NCBI GenBank assembly: GCA_001782475.1
Contig: MFOT01000014.1
Span: 12,109 to 76,108 of the forward strand
From: Candidatus Levybacteria bacterium RIFCSPLOWO2_01_FULL_38_21
GTDB taxonomy: Bacteria; Patescibacteriota; Microgenomatia; Levybacterales; UBA12049
DNA: 64,000 nt
Reading direction: 5' to 3'
Shown here piece after piece: positions 1 through 11,787 of this stretch (position 1 is its first letter; the number at the start of each line of letters is the position of its first letter). The notes below the pieces were generated by a model that had not been told where the DNA came from, did no database searches, and worked only from the letters and a program-made list of their open reading frames with translations. Both the position numbers and the translations under genes were made by a program.

Positions 1-2053
<2,053 letters not shown>

Positions 2054-2054
2054 T

Positions 2055-3578
2055 CTATTGACTAAAAATTTTTTTAAATTCTGCTATAGCTTCCTCCATT
2101 TTTTTAAGAGCTTCACCCGATGGTTTTTCGCCGCTTGACAATGTTTTAATAATCTGCGGATGATTTCTTTTGATAAAATTGTGGAACTCCTCTTCAAACT
2201 TTCTTATTGACTCAACTTTAATATCATCTAAAAAACCATTTACTACCGCCCACATACTTAAAATTTGAAGAGATTCCGCCAGCGGCTTATACTGTGATTG
2301 TTTTAAAACTTCTGTAATTCTTTTTCCTCTCTCAAGCTGGGCTTGAGTAGCTGAATCAAGTTCTGACCCAAACTGAGCAAAAACTGCAAGTTCCCTATAC
2401 TGCGCAAGCTCAAGTCTTACTCGTCCTGAGGTAAATTTTATCGCAGAAGTTTGCGCTGCCCCTCCTACCCTTGAAACCGAGTTTCCAATATTTATTGCTG
2501 GTTTTATGCCACTATTAAATAGATCAGACTGAAGATAGATCTGACCATCTGTTATAGATATAATGTTTGTAGGGATGTAAGCTGAGATATCATTTGCCTG
2601 AGTCTCTACAATAGGAAGGGCTGTAATAGAGCCGCCTCCAAATTCTTTGTTAAGCTTTACGGCTCTTTCCAAAAGTCTTGAGTGTAAATAGAATATATCT
2701 CCCGGGTACGCTTCTCGTCCCGCAGGTCTTCTTAGAACCAAAGAAATTTGCCTGTATGCCCATGCGTGCTTGGTTAGATCATCATATATTATTAAAACGT
2801 CTTCTCCTTTTTCCATAAAATACTCCGAAATAGCAACACCAGCGTACGGAGCAAGATACTGAAGAGCTGCCGGGTCTGAGGCGGTTGCAGAAACTACGAT
2901 TGTATAATCCATAGCGCCGAATTCTTCTAGTTTATCTATAATTTGAGCAACAGTACTTTGCTTTTGACCTATTGCAACATAGACAGCAATAACTGGTTTA
3001 AGTTTTGATTCGCTCTGAGGTTTTTGATTTATAATTGCATCAACAGCAATAGCAGTTTTTCCCAAACCTCTGTCTCCAATAATAAGTTCTCTTTGCCCTC
3101 TGCCAATTGGGATTATCGTATCAATGAGTTTAATTCCGGTTTTTAGCGGGGTATTCACAGGCTCTCTTTGAATAACACCGGGCGCTATTTTTTCAAGCGG
3201 CATGGATTTTCCAGTCTTAATGCTTGGTTGTCCATCCAGTGGCTTTCCTAAAGGCGATATAACTCTTCCTATTAACTTTTCCGATACAGTTATACTTAAG
3301 ACATTTCCTGTAGTTCTTATCTTTTCTCCCTCTATTATGTTTTCTCCACTTCCAAAAAGAATTATAGAAACATAATCTTCATCAAGATTTAAGATTACTC
3401 CTTTATTTCCGCTTTCAAATTCTACCTGCTCTCCCATGAAGGCGCGAGATAATCCCGATGCAATTACAACTCCATCACTATTTTTTTCAACAACTCCAAT
3501 ATTTTTAGTTCTTGAATCTTGAGAAAAAGACATAAGATTTTGCTCAAGTTCTTTAATTATGTCCTCATTTTTAATCAT
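2055..3578 (-). CDS. atpA: F1Fo ATP synthase alpha subunit
   Basis: 507 aa; P-loop GDRGLGKTAIAVD and the conserved alpha-subunit body; operon context. Confidence 0.95.
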   Translation of the reverse strand: MIKNEDIIKELEQNLMSFSQDSRTKNIGVVEKNSDGVVIASGLSRAFMGEQVEFESGNKGVILNLDEDYVSIILFGSGENIIEGEKIRTTGNVLSITVSEKLIGRVISPLGKPLDGQPSIKTGKSMPLEKIAPGVIQREPVNTPLKTGIKLIDTIIPIGRGQRELIIGDRGLGKTAIAVDAIINQKPQSESKLKPVIAVYVAIGQKQSTVAQIIDKLEEFGAMDYTIVVSATASDPAALQYLAPYAGVAISEYFMEKGEDVLIIYDDLTKHAWAYRQISLVLRRPAGREAYPGDIFYLHSRLLERAVKLNKEFGGGSITALPIVETQANDISAYIPTNIISITDGQIYLQSDLFNSGIKPAINIGNSVSRVGGAAQTSAIKFTSGRVRLELAQYRELAVFAQFGSELDSATQAQLERGKRITEVLKQSQYKPLAESLQILSMWAVVNGFLDDIKVESIRKFEEEFHNFIKRNHPQIIKTLSSGEKPSGEALKKMEEAIAEFKKIFSQ

Positions 3579-3930
3579 ATGATTGCTTTATATACGATGC
3601 TAAGCTTTTCAAGGAGTCTTTAACATTGAATTCGTAAACTATATCATTATCTACTATTCTTATTCCGGCTATAAGGTCTGATCTTTTAATATATTCTATT
3701 TTCTTTTCGGGAAACATACCTCTTAACTTACTTGTTGTCTTTTGATCGACCTTATCTATGGGGGTAAATACCAAAACTTTTTTCTCACGATCTAATTTTT
3801 TTATAAATCTAATGTAGGTTTTTAATTGTCTCCTATTAAGAAGGGGGGCAATTTTTTTTATTTTCTCAGGATCTAAGTTTCCTTTTTTAAAACTTTGCAT
3901 TGCAAGTTTTTTAATTTGTTTAATCTTCAT
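3571..3930 (-). CDS. atpH: ATP synthase delta (OSCP) subunit, short form
   Basis: 119 aa basic protein between atpF and atpA, overlapping atpA by 8 nt. It is shorter than the typical ~180 aa delta. The call rests mainly on operon position. Confidence 0.6.
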   Translation of the reverse strand: MKIKQIKKLAMQSFKKGNLDPEKIKKIAPLLNRRQLKTYIRFIKKLDREKKVLVFTPIDKVDQKTTSKLRGMFPEKKIEYIKRSDLIAGIRIVDNDIVYEFNVKDSLKSLASYIKQSYD

Positions 3931-4435
3931 ACCAATCTACTTTTTTAATTTTTTTAAGAGCGGCATCAAGAAACTGTTTTTGTTCTTTTTCTCCAAATAC
4001 GTCCTGCATGGATTTTTGCAAAAATTCAATAGCGAGTTTGCTTACTTTTAAAGCTATTCTTTTTTCCAATTCTTTAGATTCTTGTGCAATCTTTCCTAAG
4101 CCGGTTGATATCATGTATTCTGTTTGTTTTCTGGTTTTTTCTTCTGTTTCTCTGGCAATTTCCTGCGTTCTGTTTTTTGCATCTTCTATTATTTTCTCTG
4201 CTTTTTTTTGCGTGTTTTTTAATATAGTTTTCTCTTTTTCTAAGGTTTCTTCTAAGATCTTTTTACTCTCCTCGGCCTGTTTTAAGCTACCTTTTATTAA
4301 GTCCTCTCTTTTTTTAAGCACTGAAAGCACTGGTTTGTAGGCAAACCTTTTTAAAATATAAAAAATTATTAGAAAATTTATAATTTGAGCCCCCAAGAGA
4401 AGGGGGTCAAGCCCAAAGTTCTTTATCAGTTCCAT
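3920..4435 (-). CDS. atpF: ATP synthase Fo subunit b
   Basis: 171 aa; N-terminal TM helix (LLLGAQIINFLIIFYILKRF) followed by a long charged coiled-coil; operon position. Confidence 0.75.
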   Translation of the reverse strand: MELIKNFGLDPLLLGAQIINFLIIFYILKRFAYKPVLSVLKKREDLIKGSLKQAEESKKILEETLEKEKTILKNTQKKAEKIIEDAKNRTQEIARETEEKTRKQTEYMISTGLGKIAQESKELEKRIALKVSKLAIEFLQKSMQDVFGEKEQKQFLDAALKKIKKVDWYED

Positions 4436-4444
4436 AAGCTAAAA

Positions 4445-4651
4445 TTATTTCATAAAGGCCAAGATCAGGGAATAAATCGCAATTGCTTCGGCAAACGCCA
4501 TAGCCAGCAACATTGCAGGCAGTATCCTCCCCGAGCTTTCAGGATTTCGTCCTATTGCTTCCATTGCCCTTGCTCCTATAAGGCCGATTGCCAAAGCAGG
4601 GAGCATTCCTCCAAGCGCTATAATTAAGCCTCCAGATATACTAAAATTCAT
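4445..4651 (-). CDS. atpE: ATP synthase Fo subunit c
   Basis: 68 aa two-TM hairpin proteolipid: GGMLPALAIGLIGARAMEAIGRNPE...AFAEAIAIYSLILAFM. Confidence 0.9.
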   Translation of the reverse strand: MNFSISGGLIIALGGMLPALAIGLIGARAMEAIGRNPESSGRILPAMLLAMAFAEAIAIYSLILAFMK

Positions 4652-4686
4652 TGCACATCACCCCCTTTTTTTGTCTCTTCTCATAG

Positions 4687-5433
4687 TTAGTGTCTTGCTT
4701 TACGGGTATTATCAAGCATATCATGGTGGGGGGTAGTAAGGATTGCCATAAATGCCATGGTAAGCATAGAGAATACGAGCGCCTGGACCAGCCCCACGAC
4801 AACCTCTAGGAGAAGAAACGGCAGCGGAAGAAGGACGGCGAATATAGAGGAAACAGTAAGAAGAACGATTTCTCCTGCAAAAATGTTACCAAAGAGACGA
4901 AAGGAAAGCGAAACAACTTTAGTTATCTCGGATATTATTTCTAAAATTCCAATAAAAAGATTAATCGGATTTAAAGAAAAGTATCTGCTTAAATAATTAC
5001 TTATACCTATCGTTTTTATGCTTAAGATATGGGTTGCAGCAACTGATATCAATGCAAGTCCTAAGGTTGTATTGAGATCACTCGTTGAGCTTCTTAAAAT
5101 AGGCACAAGTTTTCCTTTTTCAAAAAACCCGATGCTGTTGACACCGGGTAAAAGACCGCTCCAGTTGGCAAGGAGAATAAAAATAAAAAAACTCATAAAA
5201 TACGGAAATATTTTTTTCACTTTTTTCTCAGATACAGATTCTGCTATTTCATAAAAAAGCTGTATAATTATCTCGACTATATTTTGATAAAGCCCGGGAA
5301 CCAATTTAATATTTTTAGCCAGTACAAAAGACGCGGCAAAAATAATTATATCTATAAGAAGTGTATCTATAATTGTATTCGTTATCCTAAAAGCACCTAA
5401 ATGGAAAATAGCCTCGGACTGGAATGAGAACAT
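4687..5433 (-). CDS. atpB: ATP synthase Fo subunit a
   Basis: 248 aa polytopic membrane protein with the conserved LSxRLFGNxxAGE-type motif (LSFRLFGNIFAGEIVL). It is the first gene of the operon. Confidence 0.85.
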   Translation of the reverse strand: MFSFQSEAIFHLGAFRITNTIIDTLLIDIIIFAASFVLAKNIKLVPGLYQNIVEIIIQLFYEIAESVSEKKVKKIFPYFMSFFIFILLANWSGLLPGVNSIGFFEKGKLVPILRSSTSDLNTTLGLALISVAATHILSIKTIGISNYLSRYFSLNPINLFIGILEIISEITKVVSLSFRLFGNIFAGEIVLLTVSSIFAVLLPLPFLLLEVVVGLVQALVFSMLTMAFMAILTTPHHDMLDNTRKARH

Positions 5434-5486
5434 TGTAGTAATATTTTATGGAGAAAGCGAAGGTAAGTCAAGATGACAAATTCTTT

Positions 5487-8400
5487 TTAGTTAACCTTAG
5501 CTACTTTTTCGGCAATAATTATAGGTTTTTCGTTCTTTGTATCTACCCGTCCCTCAATAATAATTACAGTATCTCTTAGGAGATAGCTTTTATATTGCTC
5601 AAAAAATTTTGGAAAAATTACACATTCAACGGTAATTCCTTTTTCGTCTCCTATTGTTAAAAAGGCCATCTCGCTTCCCGTTTTTCTCGTAAAAATTCGC
5701 CTTATGTTCTCTACAATTCCGCCAATCTTTACCCTTGAACCTTCTGTCTCCTCCATAATTAGTGAGATATCATGAGTAACTTTATCTTTTAGCGATATTA
5801 ACTCGTCCATCATTGGGTGAGATGTTAGATAAAGACCTAAGAATTCTTTTTCAAAACTTAGTTTTTCTTTTAAGGTAAAATCTTCTACGTCAGCTTCTAA
5901 GGGATCGGGGAAATTTTCTTTATCGTCAAATAGAGAGACCTGCCCTTCTTTTTTCTGCTGCTTTTTCTTATGTAAAAACTCAAGAATTTCAGAATATTTC
6001 ATAAGAAGAGAGGCTCTTTTGCCAAAAGAGTCCAATGCGCCGGCTTTTATTAAACTCTCTATTGTTTTTTTATTTACACTACCCAAATCTACTCTTTCTA
6101 AGAAATCGTCAAGGTTTTTAAAAATCCCCACCTGCCTATTTGAGATAATATTCCCGATTGCAGCTTCCCCAATATTTTTGATGGCAGAAAGCCCAAATCT
6201 GATACTCGATTTCCCTTCTATAGAAAACTCGCTTCCAGACTTATTTATATCTGGGGGTAGCACTTTTATATCCAATCGTTTGCATTCTGCAATACCTTCT
6301 GCAATTTTTTCGTTTTTTGAAGGACCGCTTGTGCCCCTTGATTCGGCGGTTAAAAATGCGCTCATAAATTCAACCGGATAATGAGCCTTAAGATAAGCGG
6401 TTCTATAGGCAATAGTTGCATAACAGGCTGCATGAGCCTTGCCAAAACCGTATCCAGCAAACGGCTCAAATAACGTCCACAAATTCTCAGCATCTTTTCT
6501 TTTCATCCCGTTTGAGACGCAACCCTCGACAAATTTATCGTGTTGCTTTTTCATTTCGGAAGGAATTTTCTTTCCCACAGCTCTTCTTAATTTATCTGTG
6601 TCAATCCATGAATAACCTGCAACTTTTATTGCCGTAAGGAGAAGATCATCTTGAAAGGTAATAATCCCATAAGATTCTTTTAAAACATCTTTTAGTCTTT
6701 TATCTGGGTAAGTTATAAGTGAAGGATTATGTTTCCTTTTTATAAATTCTGGAATATTTGCCATCGGACCTGGTCTATAGAGAGCTACCATTGCCTGAAG
6801 ATCAAATATAGAAGTTGGTTTAAGTTCTTTAATATATCTTCTCATACCGGATGACTCAAGCTGAAATATCCCCGTAGTTTCTCCTGAGGCTAAAAGTTCA
6901 TAAGTTTTCCTATCATCAAAAGAGATATTTGAGAAGTCCACATCAATTCCACGATTTTCCATGATGAATGTTAAAGTTTCTTGGATAATTGTCAAGTTCC
7001 TAAGACCCAAGAAATCAATCTTTAAAAGACCTACTCCGTCTTCTCCGACCGTATACATATCGTACTGAGTTATTATTTTCTCGCCGTTTGGTTCTCTTTG
7101 GAGCGGCGTATATTCAGTTAGAGGTTTATCTGCGATTACGACTCCGGCAGCGTGTACAGAGGCATGCCTTACAACACCCTCAATTTTTTTCGCCAGATCT
7201 AAAAGTCTTTGTGTTTCTGGTTCTGTCTGATACGCAATTTGAAGTTCAGGGCTTTGTTCCAAAGCCTTATCTAACGTCATTGCATGCCCCTGCCATCCTG
7301 GCGGCATCATTTTTGCTATTCTATCGGGAACTAAATAGGGAAGGCCCAAAACTCTTCCTGTATCTCTTACAGAACCTCTTGCCTCAATAGTTCCAAAAGT
7401 TATTATTTGGGCAACTTTGTCCCGCCCGTATTTTTTTGTTACATATTTAATTACCTCGTCTCTTCTATTATCTGCAAAATCCAGGTCTATATCTGGAGGA
7501 GAGGGACGCATCGGGTTTAAAAATCTTTCAAAAGGAAGGTTAAAAAATAAAGGATCAACATCTGAAATTCCCAAAGCGTAAGAAACAATTGAGCCGGCAT
7601 TTGATCCGCGTCCCGGACCAACTGTAATCCCTTGAGCTTTAGCCCAATTTACAAAGTCGGCAACTATTAGGATATAGGTCTCATAACCTTTCTTAAGAAT
7701 TGTTTGCAATTCGTAATCTGTCCTTTTCCTAATTCCTTTTGTAATTTTTTTATACCTTATTTTAAGCCCTTCTTCAACTTTCTCTTTAATAAATTCTGCG
7801 GGAGTTTTTTTACCGGGTACGTTAAACGATGGTAATATCCATCTTCCAAGTTTAATTTCCAAATCGCACATATCAGCAATTTTTGAAGAATTTTCAATTG
7901 CCTCGGGTATATTTAGAAAAAGTCCTAACATTTCCTCTTTGCTTTTTATATAGAAATCTGGAGAAAGAATCATCGATAACTTCCTGTTTTTATCATTTAG
8001 AGTAGTTTGAGTTTGTATGCACAAAAGAATTTCCTGGGCTTCTGCGTCTTGCGGATAAATATAATGGTTATCATTTGTTGCTACAAGAGGGATACTTAAT
8101 TTTCTTGATAAATCTACTAATTTCTCGTTTAAAAGATCTTGGTTTTCTATATTAATATGCTTTTGAAGTTCCAGATAAAAGTTTCCTTCGCCAAATATTT
8201 TAGAAAGAGTCTTAGCTCTGTCTACAGCGGTTTCTTCTTGGCCATTTATTAATGGTTCCGATATAAAACCATTTAAACAAGAGCTTAAACATATAATGCC
8301 GCTAGCGTGTTCCTTTAAAAGCTCAAGATCGCTTCGCGGACGATAGTAATATCCCTCAAGGTTTGAAATAGAAATTATCTTAATCAAGTTCTTATATCCG

Positions 8401-8690
8401 GCCTCATTTTTTGCAAGAAGAATTAGATGATTAGAATCTGAGTCAAGCCCTGCTTCTTTATCATGCCTTGTTCTTTTACTTATATAAATTTCGCATCCAA
8501 TTATTGGTTTTATATTTTGCTCAAGACATTCTTTATAAAATTTAATAGCACCGTACATATTTCCATGGTCTGTTATAGCTATTGCTTTCATATTCAGTTC
8601 TCTTGCTCTCTTAACCATCTCATTTATTTTGGATAAGCCATCCAATAGAGAATATTCAGAGTGATTGTGAAGATGGACAAAGTTTGTCAT
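5487..8690 (-). CDS. dnaE: DNA polymerase III alpha subunit
   Basis: 1067 aa; N-terminal PHP domain (FVHLHNHSEYSLLDG...ITDHGNMYG), polymerase core (GPGRGSNAGS) and a C-terminal OB-fold region. Confidence 0.95.
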   Translation of the reverse strand: MTNFVHLHNHSEYSLLDGLSKINEMVKRARELNMKAIAITDHGNMYGAIKFYKECLEQNIKPIIGCEIYISKRTRHDKEAGLDSDSNHLILLAKNEAGYKNLIKIISISNLEGYYYRPRSDLELLKEHASGIICLSSCLNGFISEPLINGQEETAVDRAKTLSKIFGEGNFYLELQKHINIENQDLLNEKLVDLSRKLSIPLVATNDNHYIYPQDAEAQEILLCIQTQTTLNDKNRKLSMILSPDFYIKSKEEMLGLFLNIPEAIENSSKIADMCDLEIKLGRWILPSFNVPGKKTPAEFIKEKVEEGLKIRYKKITKGIRKRTDYELQTILKKGYETYILIVADFVNWAKAQGITVGPGRGSNAGSIVSYALGISDVDPLFFNLPFERFLNPMRPSPPDIDLDFADNRRDEVIKYVTKKYGRDKVAQIITFGTIEARGSVRDTGRVLGLPYLVPDRIAKMMPPGWQGHAMTLDKALEQSPELQIAYQTEPETQRLLDLAKKIEGVVRHASVHAAGVVIADKPLTEYTPLQREPNGEKIITQYDMYTVGEDGVGLLKIDFLGLRNLTIIQETLTFIMENRGIDVDFSNISFDDRKTYELLASGETTGIFQLESSGMRRYIKELKPTSIFDLQAMVALYRPGPMANIPEFIKRKHNPSLITYPDKRLKDVLKESYGIITFQDDLLLTAIKVAGYSWIDTDKLRRAVGKKIPSEMKKQHDKFVEGCVSNGMKRKDAENLWTLFEPFAGYGFGKAHAACYATIAYRTAYLKAHYPVEFMSAFLTAESRGTSGPSKNEKIAEGIAECKRLDIKVLPPDINKSGSEFSIEGKSSIRFGLSAIKNIGEAAIGNIISNRQVGIFKNLDDFLERVDLGSVNKKTIESLIKAGALDSFGKRASLLMKYSEILEFLHKKKQQKKEGQVSLFDDKENFPDPLEADVEDFTLKEKLSFEKEFLGLYLTSHPMMDELISLKDKVTHDISLIMEETEGSRVKIGGIVENIRRIFTRKTGSEMAFLTIGDEKGITVECVIFPKFFEQYKSYLLRDTVIIIEGRVDTKNEKPIIIAEKVAKVN

Positions 8691-8703
8691 ATTTATTTTT
8701 TAC

Positions 8704-10062
8704 TTATTTTAACTCATTTTCTATCGCCTCTATTACTACCCTAGGGTCTACTTTCCCTTTTAAAGCCCTCATAACAGAACCGACTAAATATTGCAGGGCT
8801 TGGGTTTTTCCTTTTTTAAAATCTTCTACTGCTTGAGAATTATTTTTTAATACTTTTTTAACTGTTATTTTTATTTCTTCTTCATTTATATTGACATAAG
8901 TTGTGGCTGATTCGATGTTTCGAACTAATTTTGCGGGTAGAACCTCCTCAATACTTGGTTTCCTGTTCATAATAAACTTAGCAATTTTTTTTGCGTCTAT
9001 ATTTTTATTTTTTCCAATCCTTACGGCGTCCTCGAAATAATCTGCTATGGTTGTTTCTCTCGTGAGGATTTCAGTGTCATAATCTGATAGTTCATAGTCC
9101 TTCTTAAATCTCTTGAACTTTTCTTTCGGTAGTTCTCTCATTTGAGATTTGAGATTTGAGATTTGAGATTTTGCCCAACGTATAGGTGGTATATCAGGTT
9201 CAGGAAAATATCTGTAATCGCTCGCTTCTTCTTTTGTTCTTTGAGATATTGTCTTTTGTTTTGCTTCATCCCATCCCCTTGTTTCCTGTATTGGCGTTTG
9301 TCCTTTTTGCAAAATCTCTGTCTGTCTTCTTATTTCAAATTCAATGGCTTTTTCAACGAATCTAAAAGAGTTGATATTTTTTACTTCAATTTTATAAGAT
9401 GGTAGCTTTCCATCTTTTGACAAGGAAATATTCGGTTCAAGCCTCATATCTCCTTTTTCCATATCTGCATTTGAAATTTCAAGATATCTTGCAATCTGCT
9501 GAATTTTTTGTAAGTATTCCTTAACGTCTTTTGCGTCGTCGAAATCCGGCTCTGTAACTATTTCAGCCAATGGAACCCCTGATCGGTTGAAGTCTATTAA
9601 CGAATACCCCTCGTCTTTTTGATTTTTGATTTCTTGCCCTGAGCTTGTCGAACGGGTTGATTTTTGATTTCCAAGCTCGTGAACGAGCTTGGCTGTGTCT
9701 TCTTCCATATGCACTCGTCTGATTCTTATTTTTTTACCTGTTGAGAGTTTTATACTGCCGTTAACACAAAAGGGTTCGTCATATTGACTTATTTGATATC
9801 CCTTGGGTAAATCCGGGTAAAAATAGTTCTTCCTGTCAAATTTTGAAAAATGCGGGATTTTGCAGTTTAACGCCATTCCAAGCATTACACACCATTCAAT
9901 TGCTTTTTTATTCGGCACAGGTAAAGCTCCCGGCAATCCAAGACAAACTGGGCAAGTATGGGTGTTGGGTTTTTTGCCGAAATAATCCGCAGAACACCCG
10001 CAAAACATCTTTGATCGTGTTTTTAGCTCAATATGCACCTCAAGTCCTATTACGGGTTTCAT
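8704..10062 (-). CDS. gatB: Asp/Glu-tRNA amidotransferase subunit B
   Basis: 452 aa; N-terminus MKPVIGLEVHIELKT...MFCGCS and YRYFPEPDIPP are hallmark GatB motifs. It is adjacent to gatA and gatC. Confidence 0.95.
   Translation of the reverse strand: MKPVIGLEVHIELKTRSKMFCGCSADYFGKKPNTHTCPVCLGLPGALPVPNKKAIEWCVMLGMALNCKIPHFSKFDRKNYFYPDLPKGYQISQYDEPFCVNGSIKLSTGKKIRIRRVHMEEDTAKLVHELGNQKSTRSTSSGQEIKNQKDEGYSLIDFNRSGVPLAEIVTEPDFDDAKDVKEYLQKIQQIARYLEISNADMEKGDMRLEPNISLSKDGKLPSYKIEVKNINSFRFVEKAIEFEIRRQTEILQKGQTPIQETRGWDEAKQKTISQRTKEEASDYRYFPEPDIPPIRWAKSQISNLKSQMRELPKEKFKRFKKDYELSDYDTEILTRETTIADYFEDAVRIGKNKNIDAKKIAKFIMNRKPSIEEVLPAKLVRNIESATTYVNINEEEIKITVKKVLKNNSQAVEDFKKGKTQALQYLVGSVMRALKGKVDPRVVIEAIENELK
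9144..9171. repeat. Tandem heptanucleotide repeat (GAGATTT)x4 inside the gatB coding sequence
   Basis: Direct reading: tttgagatttgagatttgagatttgagatttt. It encodes KSQISNLKSQ on the minus strand and stays in frame. Confidence 0.9.
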
Positions 10063-11441
10063 AATCCTGACTCCTCAACTGCTTTTCCAACTTGAAAAAG
10101 TCTTCCTTCTGAAAAATGAGGTCCTAAAATTTGTATTCCTGCGGGAAGATTGTCAATAAGACCCATAGGTATTGAAATACCCGGAATTCCCGCTAGATTT
10201 GCTGTTACTGTATAAATATCCGAAAGGTACATCGCAAGCGGATCAGAAGTTTTTTCGCCTAACTTCCAAGGAGGAGTCGGAGAGACGGGCGTGATAACAA
10301 CATCCACTTTTTTAAATGCGTCATCAAAGTCTTTTTTTATTAAAGTCCTCACCTGCATTGCTCTTTTGTAGTAAGCCTCATAATATCCCGAGGATAAAAC
10401 ATACGTTCCAAACATAATTCTCCTCTTTGCTTCATCTGCGAAGCTACTTCTGTCGTTCCCGTATCTTATTCCGTCATATCTTGCAAGATTAGATGAAACT
10501 TCAGCAGGCTGAATTATATAGTAACAGGCAATAGCGTATTCTGTATGGGGAAGTGATATATATTCAGCAATTGCTCCTCGTGCTTCTAGTAGATTTATAG
10601 ACCGTTCTATCTTTTCTTTTATTCTTTTATCAAGACCTTCTGAAAAATATTCCTTAGGGATCCCAATTTTTAAGTCTTTCACTCCTTTATTTAAGTAATT
10701 TTCGTAATCATCAACCTTTTTGTCTGGCATAGTTGCATCATTTGGGTCTTTTCCTGCTGTAACAGACAACATTAAAGCTGAATCTTCTACGTTTTTGGTA
10801 AAATGCCCGATACTGTCAAGAGATGATGCCATCGCAATTATTCCATATCTTGAAACTCTTCCGTAAGTTGGCTTAAGTCCAACAACATTACAAAAGCTTG
10901 CAGGGAGCCTGATCGAACCGCCGGTATCTGTTCCCGTTGACGCCAAGGACATATTTGCGGCAACAGAGACAGCAGAGCCCGAGCTTGAGCCTCCCGGCAC
11001 ATATTCTTCATCCCATGGATTTTTAGTAGGCCCAAAATCAGAATTTTCTCCGCTTGATCCGTGAGCCCACGCATCGCAGTTGGTTTTTCCAATTATAATA
11101 CCACCAGCTTCTTTGAGTTTTTTTACAACTGTTGCGCTGTATTGCGGGATATAATTATCAAGAACCCTTGATGCGGCAGTAGTTCTTATTCCTTTTGTAA
11201 GATAAATATCCTTAAGGGAAATGGGAATTCCCAGAAGCGGGAAATTCTCCTCATCTTTTATTCTTCTATCCGCTTCTTTTGCTTCTTCTAGTGCTTCTTT
11301 AACGCAAACTGTTATGAAAGCGTTTAGATTTTTTCTTTCTTTTATTTCAGACAGACAACTATTTACCAATTCTATTGATGAGAATTTTTTCTTTGATAAA
11401 CCTTCTTTTGCTTGCTTTAATGAAAGGGTATTTAATGACAT
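10059..11441 (-). CDS. gatA: Glu-tRNA(Gln) amidotransferase subunit A (amidase signature)
   Basis: 460 aa; amidase signature region GGSSSGSAVSVAANMSLASTGTDTGGSIRLPASFCNVVGLKPTYGRVSRYG. It overlaps gatB by 4 nt. Confidence 0.95.
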   Translation of the reverse strand: MSLNTLSLKQAKEGLSKKKFSSIELVNSCLSEIKERKNLNAFITVCVKEALEEAKEADRRIKDEENFPLLGIPISLKDIYLTKGIRTTAASRVLDNYIPQYSATVVKKLKEAGGIIIGKTNCDAWAHGSSGENSDFGPTKNPWDEEYVPGGSSSGSAVSVAANMSLASTGTDTGGSIRLPASFCNVVGLKPTYGRVSRYGIIAMASSLDSIGHFTKNVEDSALMLSVTAGKDPNDATMPDKKVDDYENYLNKGVKDLKIGIPKEYFSEGLDKRIKEKIERSINLLEARGAIAEYISLPHTEYAIACYYIIQPAEVSSNLARYDGIRYGNDRSSFADEAKRRIMFGTYVLSSGYYEAYYKRAMQVRTLIKKDFDDAFKKVDVVITPVSPTPPWKLGEKTSDPLAMYLSDIYTVTANLAGIPGISIPMGLIDNLPAGIQILGPHFSEGRLFQVGKAVEESGL

Positions 11442-11716
11442 TAGAATATTTTGGGAATTTTAAACATACCGTTATGATTTTTTTTGGAATTTGATAGCGC
11501 TTCATCTTGAGCAAAACATATTGTATTTATATCTTCTCTTGTCACATTCTCCAATCCTGTGGTTTGGTTTGTTTCTTCAATATTTTCGACATCTTTCTCG
11601 TTTAGTTTTTCGACATAAGAGAGAACCTCATTTAATTGCTTTTCGAATTTTTTTTCTTCTTCATTTGACAGGGGGAGATTGGCAAGCTTTGCTACATGTT
11701 TTACATTAATTTTCAT
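11441..11716 (-). CDS. gatC: Glu-tRNA(Gln) amidotransferase subunit C
   Basis: 91 aa; MKINVKHVAKLANLPLSNEEEKKFEKQL is typical GatC. It overlaps the gatA start by 1 nt. Confidence 0.85.
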   Translation of the reverse strand: MKINVKHVAKLANLPLSNEEEKKFEKQLNEVLSYVEKLNEKDVENIEETNQTTGLENVTREDINTICFAQDEALSNSKKNHNGMFKIPKIF

Positions 11717-11787
11717 AGATCAATTATATTCGGCTTTCGTAATTTTGGCAATGACTGAAGTCAACAAAAAACCTACTACTAAACTAA

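Noticed and set aside
4008-5254. Several 60-110-aa plus-strand ORFs antisense to the atpF, atpE and atpB genes
   Set aside because: They are shadow ORFs in an AT-rich region opposite well-supported ATP synthase genes, with no motifs or SD sequences.
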